Assembly (NCBI GenBank): GCA_964355175.1
Contig: CAYHBZ010000001.1
Coordinates: 64,445 to 128,444 of the forward strand
DNA: 64,000 nt
From: an uncultured Gammaproteobacteria bacterium
GTDB lineage: Bacteria > Patescibacteriota > Patescibacteriia > Magasanikbacterales > GWA2-37-8
Direction: 5' to 3'
This document shows positions 48,838 to 58,716 of this stretch, in pieces; within the stretch, counting starts at the first letter, position 1, and every line of letters starts with the position of its first letter. Below the pieces are notes generated by a model. It had not been told where the DNA came from and made no database searches. It worked only from the letters and a program-made list of their open reading frames with translations. Position numbers and translations under genes: made by a program.

Positions 48838-50649
48838 ATGCAAAAAATTAGAAATATCGCGATTATTGCCCACGTTGACCACGGCAAGACTACATTGGTG
48901 GACGCATTGTTGCACCAAGCCAAAACTAAATTCAGCAAAGACACAGTAGACCAAATTTGTGTGATGGACAGCAACGATCTTGAAAAAGAACGCGGCATTA
49001 CCATCTTCTCCAAAAACGCGGCCGTACGCTGGGGTGAACACAAGGTTAACATTATTGATACTCCAGGCCACGCCGACTTTGGTGGGGAAGTAGAGCGCGT
49101 GCTCACTATGGCCGACGGTTGTTTATTGCTTGTAGATGCTAAAGAAGGTCCGATGCCTCAGACCCGTTTCGTACTCAAAAAAGCTTTGGCCATGAAATTG
49201 AAAGTTATTGTAGTCGTAAATAAAATTGATAAACCAGACGCTCGTCCCGCTTTTGCTTTGGACAAAACTTTTGATTTGTTTTTAGAACTTGGAGCTGATG
49301 ATGAAACTGCCAACTTCCCTGTAATTTACGCCAGTGCCAAACAAGGCTTGGCTGGTCTGGAACCGGATCTTACCAAGATGACTGATGTCAGCCCACTGTT
49401 TGATACTATTTTAAGTTATATTCCCGAACCAAGTGGCGACGCGGAAAAACCTTTACAGATGTTGGTGACTACTTTGTCTGCCGACAATTATAAAGGCCGT
49501 ATTGTTACTGGAAAACTTCTCAATGGTCGCATCAAAGCTGGCCAAGAAGTAGCTCGCATTCGTCGCGACGGTACAATTTCCAAGCACCGTCTCGTAGCTC
49601 TGATGAGCTTTGAAGGTTTGGACCGTATTATTGCTGAAAATGTAGAAGCCGGTGATATCGTAGCGGTAGCTGGTATTACTGACGCGATGATCGGTGAAAC
49701 CATCGCTGACCCAATTAACCCAATCGCTTTGCCAATACTTAAAATTGAGGAACCAACCGTGAAGATGACTTTCTCCGTAAATGATTCTCCATTTGCCGGT
49801 AAAGAAGGTCAATTCACTACTTCTCGTCAGATCAACGAACGCTTATACAAGGAATTAGAAACCGACATGGCCTTGCGTATTGAAAATGGTCAAAACAATG
49901 ACTGGATTGTATCCGGTCGTGGTGAATTGCATTTGGCAATTTTGATCGAACGCTTGCGTCGTGAAGGTTATGAAATTCAAGTTTCTCGTCCGCAGGTAAT
50001 CGTGAAAGAAGTAGAAGGAAAGAAAATGGTACCTTTTGAAAATGTTTATATCGAAGCTCCAGAATTTGCTTCTGGCTCGGTAATTCAAAAACTTGGCTCT
50101 CGCCATGGTCTCATGCAGCACATGAAGATTGAAAACGGAATTTTCTTTGGTGAATTCCTTATTCCTACCCGCGGTTTGTTTGGCTACCGCACCGAATTTT
50201 TGACTGATACCAAAGGTTTAGGTTTGATCAACGCTATCTTTAACGGATACGAAGCTGATCCAGGTAACTGGAAAGAACGCGACCAGGGATCGCTAGTGGC
50301 TCACGAAACTGGCACTACCAACCTATATGGTTTACTCAATTCTCAAGACAGAGGTTTGCTGTTCCTTGGCCCAGCTGTAGAAGTATATGCTGGACAAGTA
50401 ATAGGACAACACGCTCGTACCGGTGATCTGCGCGTGAATGTATGTAAAACAAAAGCTCTTTCCAATATGCGCTCCAAAGGTGATGGCGTATCTGAACATT
50501 TCAATGCTCCAAAAACTATGGACCTGGAAGATGCTTTGGAATATATTGGCGATGACGAATTGGTAGAAATCACTCCAAAAAATATTCGTATTCGCAAACA
50601 AATATTAAGCGAAAGCGAAGCTCGTAAAAAAATGTTGGGTATAAAATAA
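48838..50649 (+). CDS. typA: translational GTPase TypA/BipA
   Basis: IRNIAIIAHVDHGKTT G1 motif; DTPGH; EF-G-like domains; ~600 aa; start moved to ATG 48838. Confidence 0.85.
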   Translation: MQKIRNIAIIAHVDHGKTTLVDALLHQAKTKFSKDTVDQICVMDSNDLEKERGITIFSKNAAVRWGEHKVNIIDTPGHADFGGEVERVLTMADGCLLLVDAKEGPMPQTRFVLKKALAMKLKVIVVVNKIDKPDARPAFALDKTFDLFLELGADDETANFPVIYASAKQGLAGLEPDLTKMTDVSPLFDTILSYIPEPSGDAEKPLQMLVTTLSADNYKGRIVTGKLLNGRIKAGQEVARIRRDGTISKHRLVALMSFEGLDRIIAENVEAGDIVAVAGITDAMIGETIADPINPIALPILKIEEPTVKMTFSVNDSPFAGKEGQFTTSRQINERLYKELETDMALRIENGQNNDWIVSGRGELHLAILIERLRREGYEIQVSRPQVIVKEVEGKKMVPFENVYIEAPEFASGSVIQKLGSRHGLMQHMKIENGIFFGEFLIPTRGLFGYRTEFLTDTKGLGLINAIFNGYEADPGNWKERDQGSLVAHETGTTNLYGLLNSQDRGLLFLGPAVEVYAGQVIGQHARTGDLRVNVCKTKALSNMRSKGDGVSEHFNAPKTMDLEDALEYIGDDELVEITPKNIRIRKQILSESEARKKMLGIK

Positions 50650-50725
50650 GCTAAAGCTTGCGATAACATCGGACCTCGCAAATAAATTTATTTGTCTTGT
50701 CCCTAGAAATCTTAAAACTCTCTAT

Positions 50726-51838
50726 ATGTTAACTTGGGTGGAGGTAAACAAACAGGCAATAGAGTATAATCTGAAACAATTCAAAAAACTAATTGGTGCA
50801 AAAATTCTTTTGATGCCGGTTATTAAGTCCAATGCCTACGGGCATGGACTTGTTGAAGTTGCTAAAATCTGTCAACAGAGTAGGGAAGTAGGCAGGCTCT
50901 GCGTAATAAATTTAGATGAAGCAATAGAATTAATAAAAAATGGCATCAAAAAACCAATAATGATTCTGAGTTTTTATGAATTTGATACTGAAAAAATAAA
51001 GATTGCGATAAAAAACAAAACCGTCTTCCCAATTTACAGAGAGGACCAAATAAAATTCTTACAAGAAAGCGCTAAAAAATTAAATTTGAAGGTTCGAGTG
51101 CATCTAAAAATAGATATAGGCACTAGCCGGTTGGGTGTTTTTCCAAAAGACGCCGTGATTTTTGCCAAAAAAATAACCTCTTCAAAAAATTTAGTACTTG
51201 AGGGACTGTGGAGTCATTTTGCTTCCAGCGAAACCGACAGGGGACTTACCATAAAACAAAGACAGATCTTTGAGAAGGTAGTGGGGGAGCTGGAACAAAA
51301 TAATATTTTTGTACCACTAAAACACACAGCCTGTTCGGCGGCAACCATCCTTCATCACGACGCTCATTTCAACGCGATTCGTTTAGGGCTTAGCACCTAT
51401 GGACTATATCCGGATGAAAAAAGTAAAAAAATTATCACACTAAAACCAGCTCTATCCTTGAATACAAAAATTATCCAATTAAAAACAGTACCTCCTAATA
51501 CTAAAATAAGTTACGGTGGCACCTTTGTTACCAAACAAAATACCACCGTCGCCACTTTGCCGATAGGCTACTGGGATGGCATGGATAGAAGAATGTCCAA
51601 TAATGGGGAAGTGCTTATAAATAGCCAAAAATGCCCAATTATAGGCCGAGTTTGTATGAATTTAACAATGGTAGATGCTTCTAAAGTAAAAAATATTAAG
51701 GTGTGGCAGACAGCTACGGTGATTGGACGACAAGGAAAATCCATGATAACCGCTGATGATATTGCCAAAAATATCGGTACTATTAATTACGAAGTGGTGG
51801 ATAGAATAAACCCATTAATCAAACGCATTGTAAAATAA
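50726..51838 (+). CDS. alr: alanine racemase
   Basis: PLP-lysine motif VIKSNAYGHG; C-terminal beta domain with catalytic Tyr region. Confidence 0.8.
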   Translation: MLTWVEVNKQAIEYNLKQFKKLIGAKILLMPVIKSNAYGHGLVEVAKICQQSREVGRLCVINLDEAIELIKNGIKKPIMILSFYEFDTEKIKIAIKNKTVFPIYREDQIKFLQESAKKLNLKVRVHLKIDIGTSRLGVFPKDAVIFAKKITSSKNLVLEGLWSHFASSETDRGLTIKQRQIFEKVVGELEQNNIFVPLKHTACSAATILHHDAHFNAIRLGLSTYGLYPDEKSKKIITLKPALSLNTKIIQLKTVPPNTKISYGGTFVTKQNTTVATLPIGYWDGMDRRMSNNGEVLINSQKCPIIGRVCMNLTMVDASKVKNIKVWQTATVIGRQGKSMITADDIAKNIGTINYEVVDRINPLIKRIVK

Positions 51839-51840
51839 CT

Positions 51841-52818
51841 ATGCGCTATTTTCATTCCAATAAAAACTTCAACCAATACAAACCGAGTGTATCTTTTTGG
51901 GATAGATTTAAAAAAAAACATCCTCAGAGGGGACTGAACACGATAAAAACACCAAATGTATTATCCAATCCTTTCAAAAGGGAACAGCCAAAACCCAAAA
52001 ACTACAAAAAGATATTTGTTACCGCTTTTATTTTGTTAATATTCTTAGGCTGGATTACTCTCATGCTGACCCTGCCATATTTTAAAATAAACAACATCGT
52101 AATAAATGGAACAAAAATTAGCAAATCTGCGGAAGTAAATGATTATGTTCGTTATGGTGATTATTTTAAAGATGGCTTGGTGTCACGAAGAAATTATTTT
52201 CTTTTCCAGGATAAAACCGTAGCCCAAAAAATACAAAATAAATTTTTGTATGAAAAAGTAGAAATAAAAAAGAATTTTCCCAACACTGTCAATATAATTA
52301 TCAGCGAAAAACCGGCGAGTATTATCTATGATAATAATGGAATAATATATTTACTTGATAAAGACGGCAAAATTATCAAAAAAACAAAGCTCTCCTATAA
52401 TAATACAAACCCAGCGCAACCGGCTTTAAGTCCTACCACCACACCGATAATTTCCTTGAATCAGGCCGCTTCTAGGGCTTATGAAGAAACTATGGCAGAA
52501 TATGGTAACTTTCCGGTAATTATCGATCATAAGACGATTTCAACCAACGATGATAAGCTTTTATCCGCAAAATTAATAGAGACTGCCCAACTATGGCACA
52601 AATATTTAAAAGAACAGGCGATAGGGGAAATAAAATTTTTTAGCACCGATGAAACAGACTTTAATTTGAAAATTACTTTAAATAAACCCTGGTATATACT
52701 AATAAACACTCAAAGTGACACGAACTCCCAAATGCGCAACCTAAAAATGATTTTATCAAGCAGTAATCCGACCAGCTATATAGATCTACGATTTGGAGAT
52801 CGGGTATACTGGAAATAA
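51841..52818 (+). CDS. FtsQ/DivIB-like cell-division protein (POTRA-containing)
   Basis: N-terminal cytoplasmic tail plus single TM; POTRA-like INNIVINGTKISKSAEV. Confidence 0.45.
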   Translation: MRYFHSNKNFNQYKPSVSFWDRFKKKHPQRGLNTIKTPNVLSNPFKREQPKPKNYKKIFVTAFILLIFLGWITLMLTLPYFKINNIVINGTKISKSAEVNDYVRYGDYFKDGLVSRRNYFLFQDKTVAQKIQNKFLYEKVEIKKNFPNTVNIIISEKPASIIYDNNGIIYLLDKDGKIIKKTKLSYNNTNPAQPALSPTTTPIISLNQAASRAYEETMAEYGNFPVIIDHKTISTNDDKLLSAKLIETAQLWHKYLKEQAIGEIKFFSTDETDFNLKITLNKPWYILINTQSDTNSQMRNLKMILSSSNPTSYIDLRFGDRVYWK

Positions 52819-52840
52819 AAAAGTCGCGCAACCTCATAAT

Positions 52841-52872
52841 TAAAATCTCTGAAATTTAATCAGAGATTTTTT
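52841..52872 (+). terminator. rho-independent terminator
   Basis: aaaatctctga-aatttaa-tcagagatttt. Confidence 0.6.
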
Positions 52873-52945
52873 ATTTAAAAATTTTAAAGGGAGACGGTAG
52901 AGGAGTGGCCGAAACGGGTGTGGATAAGGCCGCTTTACAGCTGGG

Positions 52946-53488
52946 TTGCTTTGTTATATAATTGAGTATAATAACTCTTACACTCAGTTATATGTACTAA
53001 TTATGCGCTTAAATAAGACAAAATCAATTAGCTTGGCCTTTAGCACCCCTTTTGATCTTTTAATGAAAAAACTATATTCAGAAAAAGAAATGTCGACTCC
53101 GGAAATTTCTGATTATATTTTTAAACAAGTAAAAATTTTTATAACTCCAAGATCAATTCAAAGAGAAATAAAAAAACTTGGATTAATCAGAGGTCTGAGT
53201 GATGCTTTTAAACTGGCTATAAAGAAAGGTAGAAAATCCTACGAGCACCTCAAAAAACCCATTAAGTCTTCCCTACTGCGCCACGGAATCACTTTGAAGA
53301 CCAGATTTGAGGTTTTCCAAAGAGACAGCTCACGCTGTGTTATTTGCGGCAAAACTGCTCAAGATGATATACTAGTAGTCGATCATATCATTCCGGTGGT
53401 CAAGGGAGGGACAAACAACATAAAAAACCTCAGAACATTATGCCGAGAGTGTAACCACGGCAAGATGCTTTTAAATGAACATATATGA
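52946..53488 (+). CDS. HNH endonuclease with N-terminal HTH-like region
   Basis: CVICGKT...VDHIIPVVKGGTNNIKNLRTLCRECNHGK = HNH with Cys4 zinc site; alternative start ATG 53003; stop overlaps the next gene's start (ATGA). Confidence 0.7.
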   Translation: MLCYIIEYNNSYTQLYVLIMRLNKTKSISLAFSTPFDLLMKKLYSEKEMSTPEISDYIFKQVKIFITPRSIQREIKKLGLIRGLSDAFKLAIKKGRKSYEHLKKPIKSSLLRHGITLKTRFEVFQRDSSRCVICGKTAQDDILVVDHIIPVVKGGTNNIKNLRTLCRECNHGKMLLNEHI

Positions 53489-54438
53489 CCTCCAACCAAT
53501 TCCCACTTCCCTACTTTGATGATTTTATTTTAAATCTTAAAGCCAATAATTTTTCGGAAGAAACTGCGTATAATTATGAACGCGATTTAAAAACTTTTGA
53601 ATCTTTTTTAAGTAACGACATAAAAAAATCTTTTGACCAAATAAATAAAACTGATATTTTACGTTTTAAGGCTTATCTTGGCTCATCTGAACGCAAAACT
53701 GCTGAAGACAAAAAACCAGAAAAAAAGCTTAATAGCTACTCTATAAACCGCATACTTTCTTCAATGCGCTCTTATTTGAAATTCATGGAAGACATGGACC
53801 ATAAATCCCCAATATCCTCTAATGCAATAAAACTGCTTAAAAACGAGAAAAAAAGCGCGCGCGTACCGGAATTTGAACAACTTATCAAACTCATTGAAGC
53901 ACCGACAAAATATGAAGAAAAAATCCAAGTAGCATTGCGTAACCGGGCGCTACTGGAAACTTTATTCGCTACCGGCATGCGTATCTCCGAACTTTTATCT
54001 CTAAAAGTTGAGCAGATCGACCAAACTGGTAAAATATATATCATGGGTAAAGGTAAAAAACAAAGATTTGTCTATCTGACACCCCGAGCTCTTGTCCATT
54101 TAAAAAGTTATTTAGCCAAAAGAAACAGCACTTCAGATATGTTGTTTGTTCCTTACCGCGGCCGCAATAATAATGAAAAAAATAAAAAACTTTCGACTAA
54201 TTATTTACAATACAAAATCAAACAATACCGTCAGTTATTGGATATAAATTTGCCAATCAGCGCCCATACTTTACGCCACAGCTTTGCCACTTTTTTGGCA
54301 GAAAAAGGTGCCAATCCAGCCGCTATTCAAATCCTTTTGGGCCACGAATCACTTGATACCACCACTAGATATGTACATGCTTCAGATAGATATGCGGAGA
54401 AGACGCATCACGAATTTCATCCACTCTTTGATAAATAA
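53485..54438 (+). CDS. Xer-like tyrosine recombinase (XerC/XerD family)
   Basis: N-terminal SAM-like domain (ETAYNYERDLKTFESFL); catalytic R...HTLRHSFAT...LLGHESLDTTTRYVH with the Tyr. Confidence 0.75.
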   Translation: MTSNQFPLPYFDDFILNLKANNFSEETAYNYERDLKTFESFLSNDIKKSFDQINKTDILRFKAYLGSSERKTAEDKKPEKKLNSYSINRILSSMRSYLKFMEDMDHKSPISSNAIKLLKNEKKSARVPEFEQLIKLIEAPTKYEEKIQVALRNRALLETLFATGMRISELLSLKVEQIDQTGKIYIMGKGKKQRFVYLTPRALVHLKSYLAKRNSTSDMLFVPYRGRNNNEKNKKLSTNYLQYKIKQYRQLLDINLPISAHTLRHSFATFLAEKGANPAAIQILLGHESLDTTTRYVHASDRYAEKTHHEFHPLFDK

Positions 54439-54466
54439 TTTTTTCTACTCGCTTGAAAATAAAAAA

Positions 54467-54497
54467 ATATCCCCCAACTTAATCGGGGGATATTTTT
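54467..54497 (+). terminator. rho-independent terminator after the recombinase
   Basis: atatccccc-aacttaatc-gggggatat plus T-run. Confidence 0.65.
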
Positions 54498-54539
54498 AAT
54501 TTCGGTTGTCATCAGACCTCACTTCACTAATGCTGACTT

Positions 54540-54855
54540 CAAAAAATAAACATTAGGGAACGGTGAGGTCTGCGCGCAGCAAACTCCGCCCGCCCTCGGA
54601 AGGACCTTGTTGGTCATCCCACAACTTCCAGCACCGAAAGTGCCAGCTGGGCCTCTTGGGCACGAGCAAAAGTCACCTGCAGGCACAGGTGGCGCTCGTT
54701 GCGACGATGAGGCACACGCCCAGCGCAATTCGGACAGCCGGAATCGCGAGGAGGCCGAGCTGAAGTCAGGGGAGCATTGGAACGAAAAGGACGTGCTTTG
54801 TCTGCCATTGTGTTTCCTTCGGTAAACGGATACAGTGCGAGAAACAACCTTCAAA
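54540..54855 (-). ncRNA. GC-rich structured RNA candidate of unknown class (~310 nt), probably minus strand
   Basis: GC-rich and stop-poor on both strands between the terminators of the recombinase and ddl; minus-strand promoter TTGACT-17-TACTAT at 54856-54884; minus-strand 3' end has a UCUGCGCGCAGA hairpin then a U-run; no tRNA-like domain found by eye. Confidence 0.3.
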
Positions 54856-54884
54856 ATAGTATCTCAAATATGGCTAAAAGTCAA

Positions 54885-54914
54885 GAAAACAGCCCTACTA
54901 TAGGCTGTTTTCTT
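54885..54914. terminator. terminator for the minus-strand ddl unit (bidirectional hairpin)
   Basis: gaaaacagcc-ctactata-ggctgttttc. Confidence 0.55.
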
Positions 54915-54928
54915 CATAATTTATATTT

Positions 54929-55909
54929 TTATAATGCCGCCGAAATTATCAAATCAAGCATTTTTGGAAACGATATCCCCGCTTTTCCAGCCGCTTCCGG
55001 AAGTAGACTAGTTCCAGTCATCCCAGGAATAGTGTTGGTTTCTATTATATATACTCGCCCATCATCCCCAAGAAAAAAATCACTGCGACTCATCCCCCGA
55101 CAGCCCAGCGCTTTGTGAGCGGTAACTGCTAATTCTTGCATCGTTTTATTCACATCTTCTGAAAAATCCGCCGGACAAATATGTTTGGATCCACCTGGCA
55201 AATATTTGGATTTATAATCATAAAATTTCCCCACTTGCGGCAAAATATGAGTTGGCGGCAAAGCAAACGCCTCACCTTTTTTCTCGAGCACTCCACAAGT
55301 AGCTTCTTGGCCTTTGATAAATTTCTGCGCCAATAGCCAAGGAAATTTTTTAATTGTTTTGTTCACTGTCTGTTTGAGATCATCTTCGGTTTTTATTATA
55401 CTTACCCCTACTGCCGATCCTTGATCTACCGGTTTCACCACACACGGATAACCGACACTAGTATTGATAGCCGCCAAAACTTCTTTCTGGCTGTTTTTCC
55501 AATTTTTGGCAGTGATATCAATAAAAGCCGGATGCGGCAAATGCCAAGAATAATATATCAGACCAGCATACACTTTATTCATACACAGCGCGCTACTTAG
55601 AGTATTTGGACCGGTATATTTGATACCCAGCGCTTCAAATATCCCTTGCACCGTACCGTCCTCCCCTGGCGTACCGTGCAAAGCAATAAATACTACATCA
55701 AATAATTTTCTGTCTTTATTTACAAAATCTACCAATCTTTTTTTATTTTTTATTTTCAAAACAAAATGATTATCTTGAGTCATTTCCACCAAACTCGGCG
55801 CATATTTTTTACGATCCAAATTATCAAAAACAGCTTGACCCGTGACCAGAGAAACTTCTCTTTCCGAAGATGACCCTCCGTACAATACCGCCACTTTTAA
55901 TTTCTTCAT
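54929..55909 (-). CDS. ddl: D-alanine--D-alanine ligase
   Basis: ATP-grasp; MKKLKVAVLYGGSSSEREVSL N-terminus; full-length Ddl homology. Confidence 0.85.
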   Translation of the reverse strand: MKKLKVAVLYGGSSSEREVSLVTGQAVFDNLDRKKYAPSLVEMTQDNHFVLKIKNKKRLVDFVNKDRKLFDVVFIALHGTPGEDGTVQGIFEALGIKYTGPNTLSSALCMNKVYAGLIYYSWHLPHPAFIDITAKNWKNSQKEVLAAINTSVGYPCVVKPVDQGSAVGVSIIKTEDDLKQTVNKTIKKFPWLLAQKFIKGQEATCGVLEKKGEAFALPPTHILPQVGKFYDYKSKYLPGGSKHICPADFSEDVNKTMQELAVTAHKALGCRGMSRSDFFLGDDGRVYIIETNTIPGMTGTSLLPEAAGKAGISFPKMLDLIISAAL

Positions 55910-55934
55910 AGGCTTATATTAAATATCTATGATT

Positions 55935-57173
55935 TTACGGCAAATAACCCAACGGGTCAACCGGAATACCGTTGGAGCGAACTTCAAAATGCAAATGAGC
56001 GCCGGTTACAAATGGACCAGATCCCACCATCCCAGGAGTTCCACCGGAATAACCAATTATGTCACCCTTATTCACAAATTGCTCATCGTTAATCAAAATT
56101 GAACTAATGTGACCATAGAGAGTAGACAAATTACCATTGTGGATAATCAATATATAACTATAACAAGTGGAAACAGTACAACGCTTAGCGCGCCCAATAT
56201 AGCCGGATGCGGCGGCCCGCACTATTGAGCCTTGAGGCATACGAATATCTATGCCACTATGTTGAAAAACATTTTTAAACGGATAATCCGGATCATGAAA
56301 ACGCGATGTAACATAATGACCGCTTACCGGCCAGCCAAAATCATCAACATCGCTAGGTTTATTAGCAAATCTATCCTGATCGGATAATTTTTTACGCACC
56401 TGTGCTTCAAAAGAAGAAACTTCATTTTCTACCAATTTGTATTGAGCGCGCATACTGTCGAGCAAAGTTTGATAGCGCAATTCCGATGATTTGGTCTGCA
56501 CCAACAAAGTTTCTTTATTATTTTTTTCATCGGTCAGATCCTTTTTTTGATTGTTTAGCTGATCCAAAAACTTATCATAATCTGTTTTTTTTACTTCGGC
56601 CAAAGTTTTTTTACCATCCAGATCTTCTTTGGCAATACGTACTCCTTTTACGGTGCGACCTAGATCGATATAAACATTTTCCAGATATTTTGCCTGATTA
56701 TAAAAATTGGCAAAATTGCTATTAGTAAGCATTATCTCCAAAAAATTCTTCTGATCATTGGCATGGAGGCTCTGGACCATCTTTCCAATCATTCTTTTTT
56801 CGCGATCAATAGTATCTTCTTTTTCTGCAATGGAAATAGTCAGAGCCTCAATTTCCAGCTGAGTTTTTTGTAATTCTTGGTTAGTCAGATCCACATCCGC
56901 TTGGGTCTGAGCAATATGATTATTGATAATGCTCATCTGATTTTTCAAGGACACTCCCTCGGTTTGTTTTTGCGCAATATTTTGTTTGTAGGTACTAATA
57001 GTATCTTCAAGCTGTTTAATCTTGTCTTTACGCAATTGAATTTCTTTATTAAGCTGTTCGACTTCCGGATTCACAGTAGAGGTGACAGTTTCCGCTAAAA
57101 CCAAAAAACTACTGGCGGAAAATAATCCGAAAGCAAGTAATAAAAAAAGGGTGATTTTGACTCTTTTTTGCAT
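55935..57173 (-). CDS. M23-family metallopeptidase with N-terminal coiled coil (EnvC/NlpD-like murein hydrolase)
   Basis: signal anchor; long coiled coil; C-terminal HxxxD...HLHFE LytM motifs (GIDIRMPQGS, YGH, HLHFEV). Confidence 0.8.
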   Translation of the reverse strand: MQKRVKITLFLLLAFGLFSASSFLVLAETVTSTVNPEVEQLNKEIQLRKDKIKQLEDTISTYKQNIAQKQTEGVSLKNQMSIINNHIAQTQADVDLTNQELQKTQLEIEALTISIAEKEDTIDREKRMIGKMVQSLHANDQKNFLEIMLTNSNFANFYNQAKYLENVYIDLGRTVKGVRIAKEDLDGKKTLAEVKKTDYDKFLDQLNNQKKDLTDEKNNKETLLVQTKSSELRYQTLLDSMRAQYKLVENEVSSFEAQVRKKLSDQDRFANKPSDVDDFGWPVSGHYVTSRFHDPDYPFKNVFQHSGIDIRMPQGSIVRAAASGYIGRAKRCTVSTCYSYILIIHNGNLSTLYGHISSILINDEQFVNKGDIIGYSGGTPGMVGSGPFVTGAHLHFEVRSNGIPVDPLGYLP

Positions 57174-57237
57174 AAATAGATTATAGCATATAAATAAAAA
57201 AAACTGAATACATTTGTATCCAGTTTTCTAAAAAATA

Positions 57238-58716
57238 TTATTTTAATTTTGCCAAGGCTATGTTTAGGCGCTTTAGTGATTCCTCCCTGCCCAAAACCTC
57301 AGCAATCTCAAACGGCCCAGGAGAATTTTGTTGGCCGGACAGAGCCACACGCATCGGCCAAAGGACTACGCCATTGGCCAGACCATTTTGACCAGTCCAC
57401 TCCCCTAGCATCGCCTGTAATTTTTCCTTATTCCAATCTTGAACACTAATTGTGTTCAAATGTTCCACTAGCTTTGGCAACACATTTTTTACTTCTTCTA
57501 AGCTACTTTTTTTCCACACTAATATCTGACCTTCATATTCCGGCACAGAAAATATAAACTTAAGCGCCTCTGGTAATTCAGCCAAGGTAGTAATACGCTC
57601 CTTTTCTAGCGACAAGGCTTTGCCCAACCAAGCTTTATCGATGTTTTCATCTACTAATCCCGCTTTTACCAACCAAGGCAAAGATACTTTTACCAATTCA
57701 TCAAAAGATAAGGCGCGTATATACTGTTGATTATACCAGTCTAATTTTTCTAAATTAAAAACCGCTCCAGACTTATTTATCTTATCCAAACTAAAAGATT
57801 TTATCAACTCATCCATTGAATACAATTCTTGTTCAGTGCCTGGATTCCATCCCAAAAACGCCACAAAGTTAATCATCGCTTGAGGCAAATAACCTTTTTG
57901 AGCATAATCATCTACGGCCACATCGCCTTGGCGTTTGCTGAGTTTACTTTTATCAGGATTGAGCAATAGAGGCACGTGGGCAATTTGCGGCACTTCCCAA
58001 CCAAAATATTTAAACAATTGAATGTGTTTTGGCGTACTGCTGAGCCACTCTTCACCTCGCACAATATGAGAAATTTCCATGAGATGGTCATCTACTACCA
58101 TCGCCATATGATAGGTAGGAAAACCGTCAGTCTTTATCAACACCTGATCATCCACCAATTCATTTTTAAAAGAAACTTGACCGTGGATCAAATCCTGAAA
58201 AACAGTCTCACCCTCAGTCGGCATCTTCATGCGCAAAACATGAGTTTCCCCGCTAGCCAATTTGGCCTTTACTTCTTCCCCATCTAGATTACGGCAATGG
58301 CGATCATAGCCGCTTGGTAATTTATTTTTTTGCTGATAATTTCTCAAATCTTCCAATCGCTGTGGCGTACAAAAACAATAGTAAGCATGACCATTTTCCA
58401 AAAGCTCTTTGGCATATTTAGCGTATATTTCCAGGCGCTCTGACTGAATATATGGTCCTTTATCCCCTACCTGAAAAATTTTACCGTCCTCACCAATCTT
58501 GGCGCCTTCATCGTGATTAATACCACCCCACGCCAAAGAATTTATAATATTTTCAATACCACCTTCTACAGTGCGCTTCTGATCAGTATCTTCAATTCGT
58601 AACACAAATTGCCCACCATTTTGTTTGGCAACCAAATAACCATATAAAGCGGTACGGAGACCACCTACATGCAAAAAGCCGGTTGGAGATGGGGCAAAAC
58701 GAGTTCTTACGGTCAT
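57238..58716 (-). CDS. gltX: glutamyl-tRNA synthetase
   Basis: class I HIGH (PSPTGFLHVGG) and KLSKR motif. Confidence 0.9.
   Translation of the reverse strand: MTVRTRFAPSPTGFLHVGGLRTALYGYLVAKQNGGQFVLRIEDTDQKRTVEGGIENIINSLAWGGINHDEGAKIGEDGKIFQVGDKGPYIQSERLEIYAKYAKELLENGHAYYCFCTPQRLEDLRNYQQKNKLPSGYDRHCRNLDGEEVKAKLASGETHVLRMKMPTEGETVFQDLIHGQVSFKNELVDDQVLIKTDGFPTYHMAMVVDDHLMEISHIVRGEEWLSSTPKHIQLFKYFGWEVPQIAHVPLLLNPDKSKLSKRQGDVAVDDYAQKGYLPQAMINFVAFLGWNPGTEQELYSMDELIKSFSLDKINKSGAVFNLEKLDWYNQQYIRALSFDELVKVSLPWLVKAGLVDENIDKAWLGKALSLEKERITTLAELPEALKFIFSVPEYEGQILVWKKSSLEEVKNVLPKLVEHLNTISVQDWNKEKLQAMLGEWTGQNGLANGVVLWPMRVALSGQQNSPGPFEIAEVLGREESLKRLNIALAKLK

Noticed and set aside
52889-52950. tRNA gene in a short GC-rich patch upstream of the HNH gene
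   Set aside because: The would-be 5' acceptor strand (GGGAGAC) has no complementary 3' strand within 70-90 nt, and no T-loop consensus is present.
54507-54572. Seventh member of the palindromic repeat family (starts GTCATCAGACCTCAC ... GTGAGGTCTG)
   Set aside because: It shares only GTCAT and a CTCAC-like internal segment. The arms are different (CAGACCTCAC/GTGAGGTCTG with a 40-nt loop), so it is more likely part of the adjacent candidate RNA's 3' structure than a family member.
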